Source of the DNA: Sedimentisphaeraceae bacterium JB056
Lineage (GTDB): Bacteria > Planctomycetota > Phycisphaerae > Sedimentisphaerales > Sedimentisphaeraceae
Length of the DNA stretch: 64,000 bases
Assembly: GCA_044440125.1 (NCBI GenBank)
Contig: JBITAJ010000018.1
Location: 117,233 to 181,232 of the forward strand
Reading direction: 5' to 3'
Every line of letters begins with the position of its first letter. Positions within the stretch are counted from its first letter, which is position 1. Positions 10,063 through 19,177 of this stretch are shown piece after piece. The notes under the pieces are model-generated. The model saw nothing but the letters and a program-made list of their open reading frames with translations, searched no databases and was not told the DNA's origin. The position numbers were made by a program, and so were the translations under genes.

Positions 10063-11241
10063 TTACTTTAGTACAAGGTAGTAAAGTTTGCCTTCCTCGT
10101 AGGTTTTTCCTGCAACCAGTCCGGCTTCATCGCCTTGACCCATATAGATATCGCATCTGCCGGGAGCTCTTATCGCTCCCCCAGTGTCCTGATCAAGGAA
10201 GAATCCTTTATATGGATATATTACGACTTCATTTCCTATATTCCTGGGCAGCTTTGTGTCTATGAATGTTAGCGCCGCACGTGGGAAGATTGTTTTGTCT
10301 GTAGCTATAGTTCGCAGTCGCATTACCGGTTCGTTAATACTGCCGGTCGGATTACCTTGTGTGATTCGGAAGAATACAAAGCGAGGATTCGTATTAACGT
10401 ACCTCGGCACCTGATCTTTATTACGGCTGAAATAGTCGATCATAGCAGACAGACTCATCTTATCAAGTGGGATTCCTGCGTTTGCACTTAAATCCTTTGT
10501 GATGCTTTTATACTCGTAACCATTTGTTGCTGCATAACCTACCGTTACAAGAGACCCGTCTTCAATGCGTATCTTGGCAGAGCCTTGAACATGAGCTATA
10601 TAGACTTCGAATGGATCCTCCAGCCATATTATTTCTTTGCCGTTAAGGATGCCGGAACTTTCTATCTGACTTCGTGGAGGACATTTCATTAGTTGTCCGC
10701 CTGCTCCTTCGATGCCAATCGTTTCTCCTGATTCGTTCTTCACTAATCCATCAGGCATTCCGTAAAGCGGGTATTTGAATCTTTCGCTTCTGGTTTGGGA
10801 CCCATTAAAAATAGGCGTGTAGTAACCGGTGAAGAGTACTGTTCCTTGTTTATCGCAACCTACAGACATGTAGACATCGAATTTTTGTGCAATTTGATCA
10901 TTCAGTTGAGATGGTCCGTAGCCTTGATTAATTAGATCACGAAAAGCTCTGAGACTGTCTACTACTCTCTGATGCGAAATACCGTTAATTGGGAAAAAAT
11001 TGTGACTTGAAGGTTTGCCCATATAATTAAGGCTGTTGTTTATTGCCTCTTCAAGTCCATAAAGATTATTGCAGGCTTTTGTGAAATCAGGCATCATTGC
11101 AGGGTCAGTAATCTTTACAAGTGCCTCTTCACCCGGAAGAAGCTCACGGTTGTAATCCAGCTTTTCTTCGGTTTTAGTTTTACATCCTGCAAACGTAAGA
11201 ACCAGCATTGCAGCTGATACAAGCAATAGTTTTTTATACAT
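10063..11241 (-). CDS. mltA: Membrane-bound lytic murein transglycosylase A family lipoprotein
   Basis: Lipobox LTFAGC; FTGYYTP, HVQGS, NPRFVFF, QDTGGAI...RCDIYMG motifs. Confidence 0.9.
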   Translation of the reverse strand: MYKKLLLVSAAMLVLTFAGCKTKTEEKLDYNRELLPGEEALVKITDPAMMPDFTKACNNLYGLEEAINNSLNYMGKPSSHNFFPINGISHQRVVDSLRAFRDLINQGYGPSQLNDQIAQKFDVYMSVGCDKQGTVLFTGYYTPIFNGSQTRSERFKYPLYGMPDGLVKNESGETIGIEGAGGQLMKCPPRSQIESSGILNGKEIIWLEDPFEVYIAHVQGSAKIRIEDGSLVTVGYAATNGYEYKSITKDLSANAGIPLDKMSLSAMIDYFSRNKDQVPRYVNTNPRFVFFRITQGNPTGSINEPVMRLRTIATDKTIFPRAALTFIDTKLPRNIGNEVVIYPYKGFFLDQDTGGAIRAPGRCDIYMGQGDEAGLVAGKTYEEGKLYYLVLK

Positions 11242-11546
11242 ATCATACCTCAATTAATTCACCGCCTTGATATTTAAGAATAGCGGCTTTCAAATATAAA
11301 TAACTGAAGGTCAAATCCGTAAGACCTGTTTGGGGTTATTATATCAAATATTAAAAAACCTTCCAGCGGCAACTGAAAAAAAGTTGCCCGAGATGTTCAT
11401 GCCAAAAGTAACAAAGGGCTTCGGTTTACCAACATAATCTTTTTGAAATTGCGGACATTTTTTATTGACTACTCTTACCGTATAAACTACACTATATTAG
11501 TAGTTTGTAAGAATAATAGTGATTGTAGACACTTTTTATATAGTAT

Positions 11547-12254
11547 ATGCACATAGTTAAAACATTCAGAAGTTATTTTCTTCGCGGAATGGCGGCTCTT
11601 TTGCCGACCATTCTTACTGTATGGCTATTCGTGCAGTTCTATCAGTTCATCCAAAAGAACGTCAGCAGCTATATAAATAAGTTTATTGTTAACATAATCT
11701 TATGGCTTGGAAGTTCTTCGACTCAGGAGGAGCTTAGCCAATTTTGGGTTGACGGTAAAGGGCAGGTAGTCGGCTTTATTATTGTATTGATACTTGTCTG
11801 CTTTATCGGTGCGATTCTTGCAAGCGTTGTTGGACGTAGTATATGGAAATCAGTTGAAAAAATGTTGACGAGTATACCGCTTGTCAGTAGGGTTTATCCC
11901 TATATCAAGCAGGTTACTGATGCTTTATTTAACAAGGAAAACAATCTCGCATTCAAACGCGTAGTAGCTATAGAATATCCCCGTAAGGGGACGTGGTCGC
12001 TGGGTCTTGTTACCGGCTCAGGACTCAGGCGAGTGGTAGAGAGCGTAGATGAGGATATGGTTACAATATTCGTGCCAAGTTCACCTACGCCATTTACCGG
12101 ATATGTACTTATGGTAAAAGAGTCGGAAACGATAGCTTTGGAGCTGTCAGTTGAAGAAGCGTTGAGATTTACAGTCAGCGGAGGTGTGATAACTCCTGCA
12201 CACTGGAAGAGTTTGCAAGAATCCGAGAAGGATAAGCTGACGGATGTCTCATAA
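11547..12254 (+). CDS. DUF502 family membrane protein
   Basis: Two N-terminal TM segments; IEYPRKG, FVPSSPTPFTG, VEEAL...SGG motifs. Confidence 0.85.
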   Translation: MHIVKTFRSYFLRGMAALLPTILTVWLFVQFYQFIQKNVSSYINKFIVNIILWLGSSSTQEELSQFWVDGKGQVVGFIIVLILVCFIGAILASVVGRSIWKSVEKMLTSIPLVSRVYPYIKQVTDALFNKENNLAFKRVVAIEYPRKGTWSLGLVTGSGLRRVVESVDEDMVTIFVPSSPTPFTGYVLMVKESETIALELSVEEALRFTVSGGVITPAHWKSLQESEKDKLTDVS

Positions 12255-12292
12255 ATTAAAAGTTGTAGCCTTTAATTAATAGGAGAAAGACT

Positions 12293-12613
12293 ATGGAACT
12301 TAAAATCACCGGAAGGCATATGGATATAACCAATGCCCTGAAAACTCAGATAGAGGAAAAGGCTGAAAAACTGCCACGCTACAACAACAATGTTGATCTT
12401 GTAGAAGTAATTGTTGACGGAGCAGAGGGTGGAAAACAGTGTATAGAGATCATCGCTAAAGGTGGTCATAATCAACTTTTCGTAGTTAAAGAACTCGTTG
12501 ATAACAACGCTGATTTTTATTCAGTAATGGACACGGTATTCCATAAAATGGAACGCCAGCTTCGAAAAGCTAAAGAGAAAGAACGTAATCCGATACATAG
12601 TGTATCAGAATAG
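12293..12613 (+). CDS. hpf: Ribosome hibernation promoting factor / RaiA (short form)
   Basis: MELKITGRHMDITNALK...KMERQLRKAKEK. Confidence 0.88.
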   Translation: MELKITGRHMDITNALKTQIEEKAEKLPRYNNNVDLVEVIVDGAEGGKQCIEIIAKGGHNQLFVVKELVDNNADFYSVMDTVFHKMERQLRKAKEKERNPIHSVSE

Positions 12614-12649
12614 ATTGTTATTATATAGATTTTATCTGGGAGTAATACG

Positions 12650-13120
12650 ATGAAATTGACCGATCTGGTTTGTCCTGAGGCAATTTTAATAGAGCTTAAT
12701 GCAAATGAACGAGATGACGTTATTAAAGAATTAGTTATCTCGCTGGGCAAGGCAGGTAAAATAGCGGAAAATGATGTAGAGTCAGTCATTGAGGCTGTAA
12801 TTAGTCGTGAAAATGAAGCCAGTACGGGTATAGGCAAGGGTGTGGCAGTACCTCACGTAAAGACCAATAAGGTTGCTGCTCCGGTTGCTGCCTTCGGACT
12901 TTGTCCCGATGGCTTGGATTTTTCATCTCTTGACAAGCAGCCGGTTTATTCGATATTTTTATTGATAAGTCCTGATGATGCGGCCGATGCTCATATTTCC
13001 GCGATGGAAGTTATTTTCAAAAATCTCCAAAAAGATGATTTTAGAAGCTTCCTCAAACAGGCGAAAAAAGTAGATGATGTTGTTTCTCTGCTCAAAGAAG
13101 CAGATAGTGACGAAATATAG
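12650..13120 (+). CDS. PTS EIIA component (fructose/Ntr type)
   Basis: RE..STGIGKGVAVPH phospho-His motif. Confidence 0.9.
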   Translation: MKLTDLVCPEAILIELNANERDDVIKELVISLGKAGKIAENDVESVIEAVISRENEASTGIGKGVAVPHVKTNKVAAPVAAFGLCPDGLDFSSLDKQPVYSIFLLISPDDAADAHISAMEVIFKNLQKDDFRSFLKQAKKVDDVVSLLKEADSDEI

Positions 13121-13152
13121 CCTGTTCTATTAACCCTGTGACAGGAGTTTGG

Positions 13153-13443
13153 ATGGTTGACGAACTATGCGAAACTTTTTTAGAGATCCGTAACATTTAT
13201 GGTCTGCATATGCGTCCGGCAATGATGTTCGCTGAGCTTGCAGCTGAGTTTGACTGTGACATTAAAGTCAGGTCTGGCGACATGGAAGTTGACGGAAAAA
13301 GCGTTGCTGAAGTAATGACCCTCGGGCTTCCCAGCGGAGCCAGAATGCAGGTTGTTGCGCAGGGTGAAGATGCGTCAAGAGCTATTGAGGCTATAAAGGA
13401 CCTCGTTGAGATCCGACTGTTTGATGAAGACAGTGCTCCCTGA
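13153..13443 (+). CDS. ptsH: HPr phosphocarrier protein
   Basis: GLHMRPA (His15) and DGKSV (Ser46 region); AGGAG RBS before ATG 13153. Confidence 0.9.
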   Translation: MVDELCETFLEIRNIYGLHMRPAMMFAELAAEFDCDIKVRSGDMEVDGKSVAEVMTLGLPSGARMQVVAQGEDASRAIEAIKDLVEIRLFDEDSAP

Positions 13444-13473
13444 GAATTACTTAAGTAATCACTGAACTAAAAA

Positions 13474-15210
13474 ATGGAAACCAAAAAAGGCATTGCGGTA
13501 TCGCCCGGAATAGTCATTGCCAAATGCATGGTGATTGATGTTGAAGATTTGCGTCTTCAACGCAAAACCATTAGTGCTGCTGATGTCAATGACCAGCAAA
13601 AGCGAGTTCGAGACGCATTTGCCACGGCAGTGTATCAGCTTAGCGAGGCTGAGTCTTCGCAAAAAATAGAAGAAGGCAGCATTAAGGATATTTTTGCTGT
13701 TCACATGAGTTTTATGCGCGATCGTAAGCTCTGGATGAAGATCGAGAATTTAATCGAAAAAGATCTTGTAAGTGCCGAGTATGCTGTTTCCGTTGTTCTC
13801 AGAGAGATTGCTACACATTTCAAAAGATCTCCCAGTAAGTATGTGAATGAACGTGCTGCTGACATTTACGATATTGAGCGGCGTATTCTCCGAACGATGA
13901 ATAATGACGACATCTTTGATACTACAAAGTTAAGCGAAGAGGTTGTCATTGTTTCTCACGATCTTTCTCCAACCCAAACAGCTTCATTTGACAGGAATTA
14001 TATAAAAGGTTTTGCGACCAATGCTGGTGGACGTACGAGCCATACGGCAATAGTTGCAAGGTCTTTGGGGATTCCTGCTGTTGTTGCTCTCGAAGATGTC
14101 ACTGCTTCTGCGCAGCAGGGACAAACAGTTATTATTGATGGCAATCAGGGAATTGTTATAATTGAGCCTGATGAAGATACCTTAAAGAGGTATCGAGAGC
14201 AATATATTAATTTTCATGCCTTTGAAAACAAGCTTGATTCACTTCGAGATGTTGAAGCTGTTACGCGTGATGGTACAAAGATAAATATTACCGCCAATAT
14301 CGAGTTTCCTGCTGAGGTCGATATGGTTAAAAGCAGAGGTGCTGATGGTATAGGGCTTTACCGAACTGAGTTTCTTTACCTTGAGAGCCGAACTGAACCG
14401 ACAGAGGAAGATCATTTTGCAGCATACAAGGAGGTGCTTGACAAGCTCGATGGCAAGCCAATGGTTATCAGGACAATGGATCTTGGAGCTGACAAGGTTG
14501 TTGATGATGAGAATTTTCACCATGAGAGCAATCCTGTTCTGGGGTTGCGTTCGATACGTTACTGTCTCCAGAATCTTCCGATGTTTAAAAAACAGCTTCG
14601 TGCTGTTTTAAGGGCTTCTGCTCTTGGTGATGTTCGAGTTATGTTTCCATTGATAACCAATGTCCAGGAGATACGTCAGGCTAAGATGATTCTTCGTGAT
14701 GTCATGGAGGATCTGGATGATGAGGGTATTAAGTATGATCCTGATATGAAGGTTGGTATCATGATCGAGACACCAAGTGCTGCGTTGATGTCGGGACTTC
14801 TGGCTCGTGAAGCCGATTTCTTTAGCGTTGGTACTAATGATTTGATACAGTATACTCTTGCTGTTGACCGTTCGAATGAAAAGGTTATAACTCTTTATTC
14901 TCCCGGTGAGCCTGCTGTTCTCAAACTGCTTAAAATGGTTATTGACGTTGCTCAAAGAGAGAATATACATTTAAGTATTTGTGGTGAAATGGCTTCTGAA
15001 CCGGAATTTATTCTTTTACTTCTTGGTATGGGGGTGCGTAACCTTTCTATGGGCCCATCAATGATACCGGAGATCAAAATGATAGTTCGATCTATTGATA
15101 TCAGTCATAGTGAGAAATGTGCTGCAGATATATTAGCTATGGAATCTCGTAGACAAGTGACAAATTATTTGCGTGATGCAGCTATGAAAACAATACCAGA
15201 GGCTCTTTGA
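13474..15210 (+). CDS. ptsI: Phosphoenolpyruvate-protein phosphotransferase (Enzyme I)
   Basis: TSHTAI, GIGLYRTEFL, RTMDLGADK, MIETP, FSVGTNDLIQY, ICGEMA. Confidence 0.96.
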   Translation: METKKGIAVSPGIVIAKCMVIDVEDLRLQRKTISAADVNDQQKRVRDAFATAVYQLSEAESSQKIEEGSIKDIFAVHMSFMRDRKLWMKIENLIEKDLVSAEYAVSVVLREIATHFKRSPSKYVNERAADIYDIERRILRTMNNDDIFDTTKLSEEVVIVSHDLSPTQTASFDRNYIKGFATNAGGRTSHTAIVARSLGIPAVVALEDVTASAQQGQTVIIDGNQGIVIIEPDEDTLKRYREQYINFHAFENKLDSLRDVEAVTRDGTKINITANIEFPAEVDMVKSRGADGIGLYRTEFLYLESRTEPTEEDHFAAYKEVLDKLDGKPMVIRTMDLGADKVVDDENFHHESNPVLGLRSIRYCLQNLPMFKKQLRAVLRASALGDVRVMFPLITNVQEIRQAKMILRDVMEDLDDEGIKYDPDMKVGIMIETPSAALMSGLLAREADFFSVGTNDLIQYTLAVDRSNEKVITLYSPGEPAVLKLLKMVIDVAQRENIHLSICGEMASEPEFILLLLGMGVRNLSMGPSMIPEIKMIVRSIDISHSEKCAADILAMESRRQVTNYLRDAAMKTIPEAL

Positions 15211-15884
15211 TGGATCCAAACAAGATCGACACACGAACTGTAAAAGTTATATTTGAAGTTAAGGGTTTATTGCGTTTTCTCTCTCATCAGGAAACCGCCA
15301 GAATGTTCAAACGAGCCATAGCAAGATCAGGGGTGCGGCTGCATTACAGTCAGGGATTTAATCCGCATCCTAAAATGAGTCTTCCGTTACCCAGAAGTGT
15401 TTCAATGGCTTCTGAGTGTGAGTTGTTGCAATTAAGTATTGTAGCGGATGAGTTTGGCAAATTTCCGACTGCAGATCAAGTAAGAAGTTTGCTTGAACCT
15501 CAGATGCCGGAAGACATAGAGATTGCAAATGTTGAGATTTATGAGGATAAGGTGAAGTTTAATCCTGCCGATGTCACCTATTCCATTCCTGTGCGACAGG
15601 AAGAAAATATTAAGAAGAAGATTACGGATATTAAGGAGCAGCTGGATTCGGGATCTTCTTTGATTTTAGAGCGGGTTAGTCATAAAACTGGAAAAAGTAA
15701 GTGCGTAGATCTTGCCGATTTTATTGAGAAAATGGAGATTTCAGACAAAGATGTAACAGTGGTGGCTCGAATATTGAATGGGACATCAGTTAAGCTTGAA
15801 GAACTTACAAAAATGTTTGGAATTGAAGAATCTGATCTCAATGGTCCGATCGTACGCGAAAATGTAGAATGGAATATAAAGTAA
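15207..15884 (+). CDS. DUF2344/TIGR03936-type radical-SAM-linked protein
   Basis: RFLSHQE..R...RA..R....YSQGFNPHPK..L...SV...SE signature. Confidence 0.85.
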   Translation: MMDPNKIDTRTVKVIFEVKGLLRFLSHQETARMFKRAIARSGVRLHYSQGFNPHPKMSLPLPRSVSMASECELLQLSIVADEFGKFPTADQVRSLLEPQMPEDIEIANVEIYEDKVKFNPADVTYSIPVRQEENIKKKITDIKEQLDSGSSLILERVSHKTGKSKCVDLADFIEKMEISDKDVTVVARILNGTSVKLEELTKMFGIEESDLNGPIVRENVEWNIK

Positions 15885-15957
15885 CAGACATGGTGTCTGC
15901 TATACTGTTTGTTCTGCAAATTTAAAGTTTATACACCCTATAAGGGGGATAAGATAT

Positions 15958-17478
15958 ATGTCAAAAGAAATGCTTATTAATGTAGCCCAGCGAGATGAAT
16001 GCAGGGTTGCTGTTGTTGATAATGGAGTTCTTGAAGAACTCTATATGGAACGTGTGAGCTGTGAGTCTCACGTAAATAATATTTATGTAGGTGTTGTTGT
16101 AGGTATTGAGTCTGGTATTCAGGCTGCTTTTGTGGATTTCGGTATGCCAAGGCATGGATTTCTGCACATAAGCGATATTCATCCGCGGTATTATACTAAT
16201 GATAGCAATACTGAAAAAGTCGGACAGCGAAAGGCTATGCGCGAGAGGCCGCCGATTCAGCATTGCATTAAGCGTGGACAGAAGATAATTGTCCAGGTTC
16301 GCAAAGAGGGGATAGGCACAAAGGGACCTGCTCTTACTACCTACATCTCGCTTCCCGGAAAATATGTTGTTCTTATGCCATGGCTTAAGAAAATAGGTGT
16401 CTCTCAAAAGATTGAGGATGAGGAGCAAAGAGCACGCCTGAAAACTATGATAAATGAAGTCGAACGCCCCAAGGATGCCGGATTTATTGTAAGAACGGCA
16501 GGTGAAAAGGCTACGAAAAGAGATATTGAAAGTGATCTTTCATATTTGGTTCGGCTTTGGAATTCAATACTGAAGAAACAGAAGTCAAAGGCGGCTCCTT
16601 GCGAGTTGTATCAGGAAACAAACCTTGCTTTTAGAGCAATAAGGGATATTTTCAACAGTTCTATTCGAAGGATAATTTGCGATTCTAAAGAAGTCTCGGT
16701 TAAAATACACGAATTGATGAATGCTGTTCAGCCTCGTTATAAGAGGCGAATTAGTTATTATGATGGTGTTGAGCCTTTGTTTCACAAATATGGTATAGAA
16801 TCTGAAGTTGAAAAGATAAATGAAAGCCGTGTAATGCTTAAGGGTGGTGGGTCCATCGTTATTGAGCAGACTGAAGCACTTGTCGCTATTGATGTTAACA
16901 GTGGTAAGATGCGCCAGTATGGTGATATTGAGAAGACGGCTTTTAAGACAAATATTGAAGCCGCCAAAGAGATTGCCCGCCAGTTGCGTCTTCGGGATTT
17001 AGGGGGTATAATTGTATGTGATTTTATTGATATGGAGCGGGCTGAGAATCGCAGAGAGATAGAAAAGGCCTTTCGTGAGGCCGTCAAGCCTGACAGAGCA
17101 AAATATCGCATACTCAGGATGAGCGGATTCTGTCTCATCGAAATGACTCGTCAAAGAATGCGTCCATCGCTTGAGCGAAGTGTTTTTCAGCAGTGTCCTA
17201 AGTGCGGAGGTGCTGGAATAGTAAAGAGTTATGAATCTATAGCTATACAAATACTGCGATTGCTGCAGATAGAACTCGCCAAAGAGGGTGTAAAAGACAT
17301 ACATATAATTTCACCGGTTCAGGTCTCTGATTATCTGCTTAATAACAAGCGTATGGATCTTGCTCAGGCAGAGAGTGAGCATGAGAAAAGTATTACTGTT
17401 CAGCCTGATAGTTCAATGACCGGTGAAAACTACACGATTACGAGCTACGATGAGAGAGGTCGTATAGTAGAACATTGA
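15958..17478 (+). CDS. Rne/Rng family ribonuclease (RNase G-sized)
   Basis: S1 region QAAFVDFG..RHGFL, KGPALTT, IDVNSG, ARQLRLRDLGGIIVCDFIDM, CPKC Zn-link. Confidence 0.95.
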   Translation: MSKEMLINVAQRDECRVAVVDNGVLEELYMERVSCESHVNNIYVGVVVGIESGIQAAFVDFGMPRHGFLHISDIHPRYYTNDSNTEKVGQRKAMRERPPIQHCIKRGQKIIVQVRKEGIGTKGPALTTYISLPGKYVVLMPWLKKIGVSQKIEDEEQRARLKTMINEVERPKDAGFIVRTAGEKATKRDIESDLSYLVRLWNSILKKQKSKAAPCELYQETNLAFRAIRDIFNSSIRRIICDSKEVSVKIHELMNAVQPRYKRRISYYDGVEPLFHKYGIESEVEKINESRVMLKGGGSIVIEQTEALVAIDVNSGKMRQYGDIEKTAFKTNIEAAKEIARQLRLRDLGGIIVCDFIDMERAENRREIEKAFREAVKPDRAKYRILRMSGFCLIEMTRQRMRPSLERSVFQQCPKCGGAGIVKSYESIAIQILRLLQIELAKEGVKDIHIISPVQVSDYLLNNKRMDLAQAESEHEKSITVQPDSSMTGENYTITSYDERGRIVEH

Positions 17479-17606
17479 TGTTCACATCTTTTATTGCTGC
17501 TTGATTAAAAGTTATTTTTGGATATGATAGTCGGCTGTTTAGATTTGATTGGGTAGCTGTGGCATGCTTTTTAATGCATGCATGAATAAATAGAAAAGGA
17601 TTTGTA

Positions 17607-18587
17607 ATGACTTTTGATCTTGAATATGCAAGGGGCGTTATAGATGGCGAAGCTAAGGCTGTCAGCTCTCTTGAGGCTCTCATAACTGATGAGACTTTTA
17701 TCCAGGCACTGGATGCTATATATAATTGCACAGGCAATCTTGTTGTTACTGGTGTAGGTAAAGCCGGGATTGTTGGGGAAAAAATATCTGCGACGATGGC
17801 TTCTGTGGGAACGCCGAGTATATTTCTCCATCCTGTAGAGGCTGTTCATGGTGACCTTGGTCGTGTAAGGCCTCAGGATGTAGTGTTGTTGATGAGTTTT
17901 GGTGGTGAGACTGATGAGATAATAAGGCTCATAACTCTTCTGAAACAGCAGGAAATAACGACTATAGCAATGACTGGTAATGTCCAGTCAAGACTTGCCA
18001 AACATAGTGATATTGTCTTGTGTATAGGTAAGTTGCAGGAAGCTTGTCCTCTTGGAGTTGCGCCTACAGTTTCAACAACTTGCATGTTGGCTCTTGGTGA
18101 TGCTCTTGCATTAACAGTTATGAAAGCTCGTCAATTCTCTAAAGAAGATTATGCACGGTATCACCCAGGCGGTTCACTTGGTGCTAAGCTTATAACAGTA
18201 GAGCAGTCCATGGAATTCGGCAAGGGCGATCTTCTTCCTATTGTTGAGCAGGAGAAAACCATTGGTGAGATGCTTGAACTGACAAAAAATACCAAGCGGC
18301 GCGGAGCTACGATGGTGATTGACTCTTCCGGCGTTCTTGTTGGTATTGTAACCGATGCTGATTTAAGGCGTTTGCTTTCAAATGAAGGACAGAACGCTTT
18401 CAGTAAGAAAGTTTCTGATGTTATGACAGCCGGTTGTAAGAGTGTAAAAGAGACTACTCTTGCAGCAGAAGCTATGGCTATATTCCATAAATTCAGAATT
18501 GATGATCTTCCGGTTGTTGATGAAGATGGCAAGCCGGTAGGTATGATTGATGTTCAGGATATTGTTTCTATTAAGGTAGTGGGATAA
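17607..18587 (+). CDS. kdsD: Arabinose-5-phosphate isomerase (KpsF/GutQ, SIS + CBS domains)
   Basis: GVGKAG, HPVEAVHGDLG, APTVST, HPGGSLG, two CBS domains. Confidence 0.95.
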   Translation: MTFDLEYARGVIDGEAKAVSSLEALITDETFIQALDAIYNCTGNLVVTGVGKAGIVGEKISATMASVGTPSIFLHPVEAVHGDLGRVRPQDVVLLMSFGGETDEIIRLITLLKQQEITTIAMTGNVQSRLAKHSDIVLCIGKLQEACPLGVAPTVSTTCMLALGDALALTVMKARQFSKEDYARYHPGGSLGAKLITVEQSMEFGKGDLLPIVEQEKTIGEMLELTKNTKRRGATMVIDSSGVLVGIVTDADLRRLLSNEGQNAFSKKVSDVMTAGCKSVKETTLAAEAMAIFHKFRIDDLPVVDEDGKPVGMIDVQDIVSIKVVG

Positions 18588-19114
18588 TGGATAAGCTCAG
18601 CAAGGAAAATCTTTCAAAACTCAAAATGCTCGTTTTAGACCTTGATGGGGTCTTTACAGACGGTACTATTATAATAAATGGCGATGGAAGTGAATCAAAG
18701 CGATACAGTGTTATTGACGGCCACGGCATAAAGCTTTGGCAAAGAGCTGGATTCAAGACTGCGATCATAAGTGGCAGGGCGGCAAAGGCAACAAGTATAA
18801 GAGCTGAACAGCTTGGTATAGAATACGTATTTCAGGGGTGTAAGAAAAAACTGCCTGTTTATGAGCAGTTGCTTGAAGATGCACGCGTTTCGGCTGATGA
18901 AACTATATTTATTGGTGATGAGATCATAGATCTTCCTATTGTAAGAAGAGCGGGTTTGGGAGTTGCAGTTGAGAATGCTGTTGATGAATTGAAAGAATAT
19001 GCTGATTATGTCACAAAGAAATCCGGTGGTCAGGGTGCCATACGCGAAGTTATCGAGATAGTCCTGAAAACTACCGGCAAATGGGATGCCTTGATGGAAA
19101 GGTATTTGATATAA
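18587..19114 (+). CDS. kdsC: KDO-8-phosphate phosphatase (HAD family)
   Basis: DLDGVFTDG, DGHG, IISGR, GDEIIDL, GGQGAIRE. Confidence 0.93.
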   Translation: MDKLSKENLSKLKMLVLDLDGVFTDGTIIINGDGSESKRYSVIDGHGIKLWQRAGFKTAIISGRAAKATSIRAEQLGIEYVFQGCKKKLPVYEQLLEDARVSADETIFIGDEIIDLPIVRRAGLGVAVENAVDELKEYADYVTKKSGGQGAIREVIEIVLKTTGKWDALMERYLI

Positions 19115-19177
19115 ACTGAGATTCAGAAATATATCGTGTTTTATGCAAGCCTCTTACTTGCAGTTAGTTAATTTTAT

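Noticed and set aside
15930..15951. CsoR-like C/G-tract palindrome upstream of the RNase E/G gene
   Set aside because: It is imperfect, and the G tract is adequately explained as the ribosome binding site.
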